In this document: positions 62,103 to 64,000 of the stretch, piece after piece
Numbering within the stretch: the first letter of the stretch is position 1
Layout: every line of letters begins with the position of its first letter
Source: Eledone cirrhosa
Lineage: Eukaryota
DNA: 64,000 nt
Assembly: GCA_964016885.1 (NCBI GenBank)
Contig: OZ024747.1
Span: forward strand, 31,186,001 to 31,250,000
Direction: 5' to 3'
Made by a program: the position numbers and the translations under genes
Notes under the pieces: generated by a model
What the model was told of the DNA's origin: nothing
Database searches by the model: none
The model's input: the letters and a program-made list of their open reading frames with translations, nothing else

Positions 62103-64000
62103 ATGGAAATTTTCGACCTTGAAACGGTAAACAACGTTCAGGTCAAAAGCAGCCACTGTAGATCTCACCACAACTACGACTACTACAGACATGTCTGTCG
62201 ACCATTCCACTGAATGTGAAGGCAAAACTCAAAAGCTGCCATCACAACCGCTCCCTTCTTTGTTAGCAGCAGTATCATCTCAAAACGACATTACTACCAC
62301 AACAACAACGACAATAACACCGACAGCTTCAATGTAAACACGGATGGCGGTGGCAACAGCAATAAAAACAAAACAACAACAACACCAACAACATCAGCAA
62401 GAACGACAACATCAACAACAAGAGCAACAGAGGCACCACCTTTGCTGCAGCAGCAGCAAAATCAAAGCGCTTATTGAATATTGATATTAGCGATAAAGAC
62501 GAACAGTTGGCCCAGGCGTGGAGGCTAATTAAACGGGAGAAGTCCTGGGCAAACCTGACCATCCCGGACGGGGCAATAGTGGCCATGCAAAGGAGGACGG
62601 TGTACTTTCGATGCATTTCAGTGCAGACACGCAAAGTGGAACTTGCCAGCCAAACAGAGGTCGAGGCTTCTTTGGAGTGCATCTGAAGTGACATAGAGTA
62701 TAAAGCAAGGGCCAAACAGTTCGGTACCATCTCGATACTGTTCAAAACCGAGGCCCTTGCTATTAAGCACTCGGTGACCCCCTTCAGAATGGAACGCATT
62801 ATCATGCACCTGTCCTACGTGGGCAAAAGGAGAGTAAAGGTCTGCATTCACAGGATCCCACCAGGAATGAACATATGGTGGCTCCGGGAATGCGTAATCG
62901 AGGAGGAGACTGACACTACTCTCCTAGATATTAAAAAGACAGAGAGAGAGAGGACTGGTCCGGAAGGATTTGGAGATTCTTCTCCAAATGAAACCTTAGG
63001 ACATGAACAACATCCCGGATTTTTCCCACCTGCAGGACGGGACAACAATCCAACTGGTCACTGAGGGAAGAAGGCTGCACTGCTTCCTCTGCAGGGAAGC
63101 AACGCATCTGCAAGCCTTCTGCCCTCAGCGCAAAAATGCAAGGGGTCACAAACCTTCTTTGTTGCCAACGCCAATGTCAGCACGGAAAGCTGCACCACCA
63201 CCACCAAAAACAACACCAACAAAGACACGGACACCAACATCAACAACAGCCAGACCACCATCAACACCAAAACCAATCCAAGGGGAAAACGAGGAAACTC
63301 TCCCCCTCCCCCCCCCCAATTATACACATAGACAAAACAATAAATGCACACACAGACACAGAGACACTCACAGCCACAGACCCTTTGTCTTCCAGCAGCG
63401 AAGATGAAGGAAAACCCAAAAGTGCAAAAGAACAGAGAAAACTCACCAAAAAAAGCCCCAACAAAACACAAAAACATACACAACGAAAATACAGACACCA
63501 CTAACGCAAAGACTTCCCCAATAACATCAGCACTAACAGCAACATCGACACCACCCCCACAATCCCCGAAACGCAAACAACCTAAACAAACACAAGTACA
63601 TACCCAAAACAACACCACCAAAACCATCACCACCACAGTCACCAAAACGAAAACAAATAAAACCCCGCCAACAAAATGTTAAAAACTTCGTGCTTGTCAG
63701 AAGGGCCAATGATAAACTGATGGCCCTCTTAGCACAAAGTGAGGACATTCAAATAGAGGGGCGGATCTTTGAAAAGAGCACATTTTGTGTGCCAGAAGAT
63801 TTGCTTCTGGTCCGAATGTCACTCGATTCCATCAAAGAAATTCGGGAGAGCTTTCCTCAAGACGAGGGAACCCTGAATGTGAAACCCACATCGAGACTTT
63901 TAAAAGGGTTCCCAAAAGAAACTCCACCAACCATGGAGGTCGAACCACCCGACCTTCACAAGACCCCGGGAGGTAAGTAAACCTTCCCTCTCTCTTTTAG
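62103..64000 (+). pseudogene. Disrupted ORF1 (gag-like) of an L1/Tx1-like non-LTR element
   Basis: TFAAAAAK motif, RVKVCIHRIPP, IQLVTEGRRLH-CFLCREATHLQAFC (CX2CX4HX4C knuckle), long Thr/Pro/Lys low-complexity tail; stops and frameshifts. Confidence 0.62.

Overview
AT-rich eukaryotic, repeat-saturated non-coding DNA. The SINE, RTE-tail and microsatellite style resembles an octopus/cephalopod genome (inference). I can support no host gene. The window is a nest of mobile elements: several RTE-clade LINE copies (one carrying a nested Gypsy LTR element), tRNA-derived SINEs, Helitrons, MITEs, a CRE-like RLE fragment, Tx1/L1-like pieces and a 47-bp minisatellite that expanded from an RTE-tail repeat. 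Two things stand out. (1) A young R4/Dong-like RT+RLE retrotransposon is inserted four times in tandem into a (CATA)n microsatellite. (2) At least six unrelated families of short (TA)n-flanked elements carry type I hammerhead ribozyme motifs (CUGANGA...GAAA...UH, closing stem I, often a palindromic stem III). One family is physically joined to a Penelope-like GIY-YIG remnant, and many copies form fold-back palindromes that break at or near ribozyme stem II. Most ORFs in the supplied track are microsatellite artefacts. All structures were read by eye, and element boundaries are approximate.
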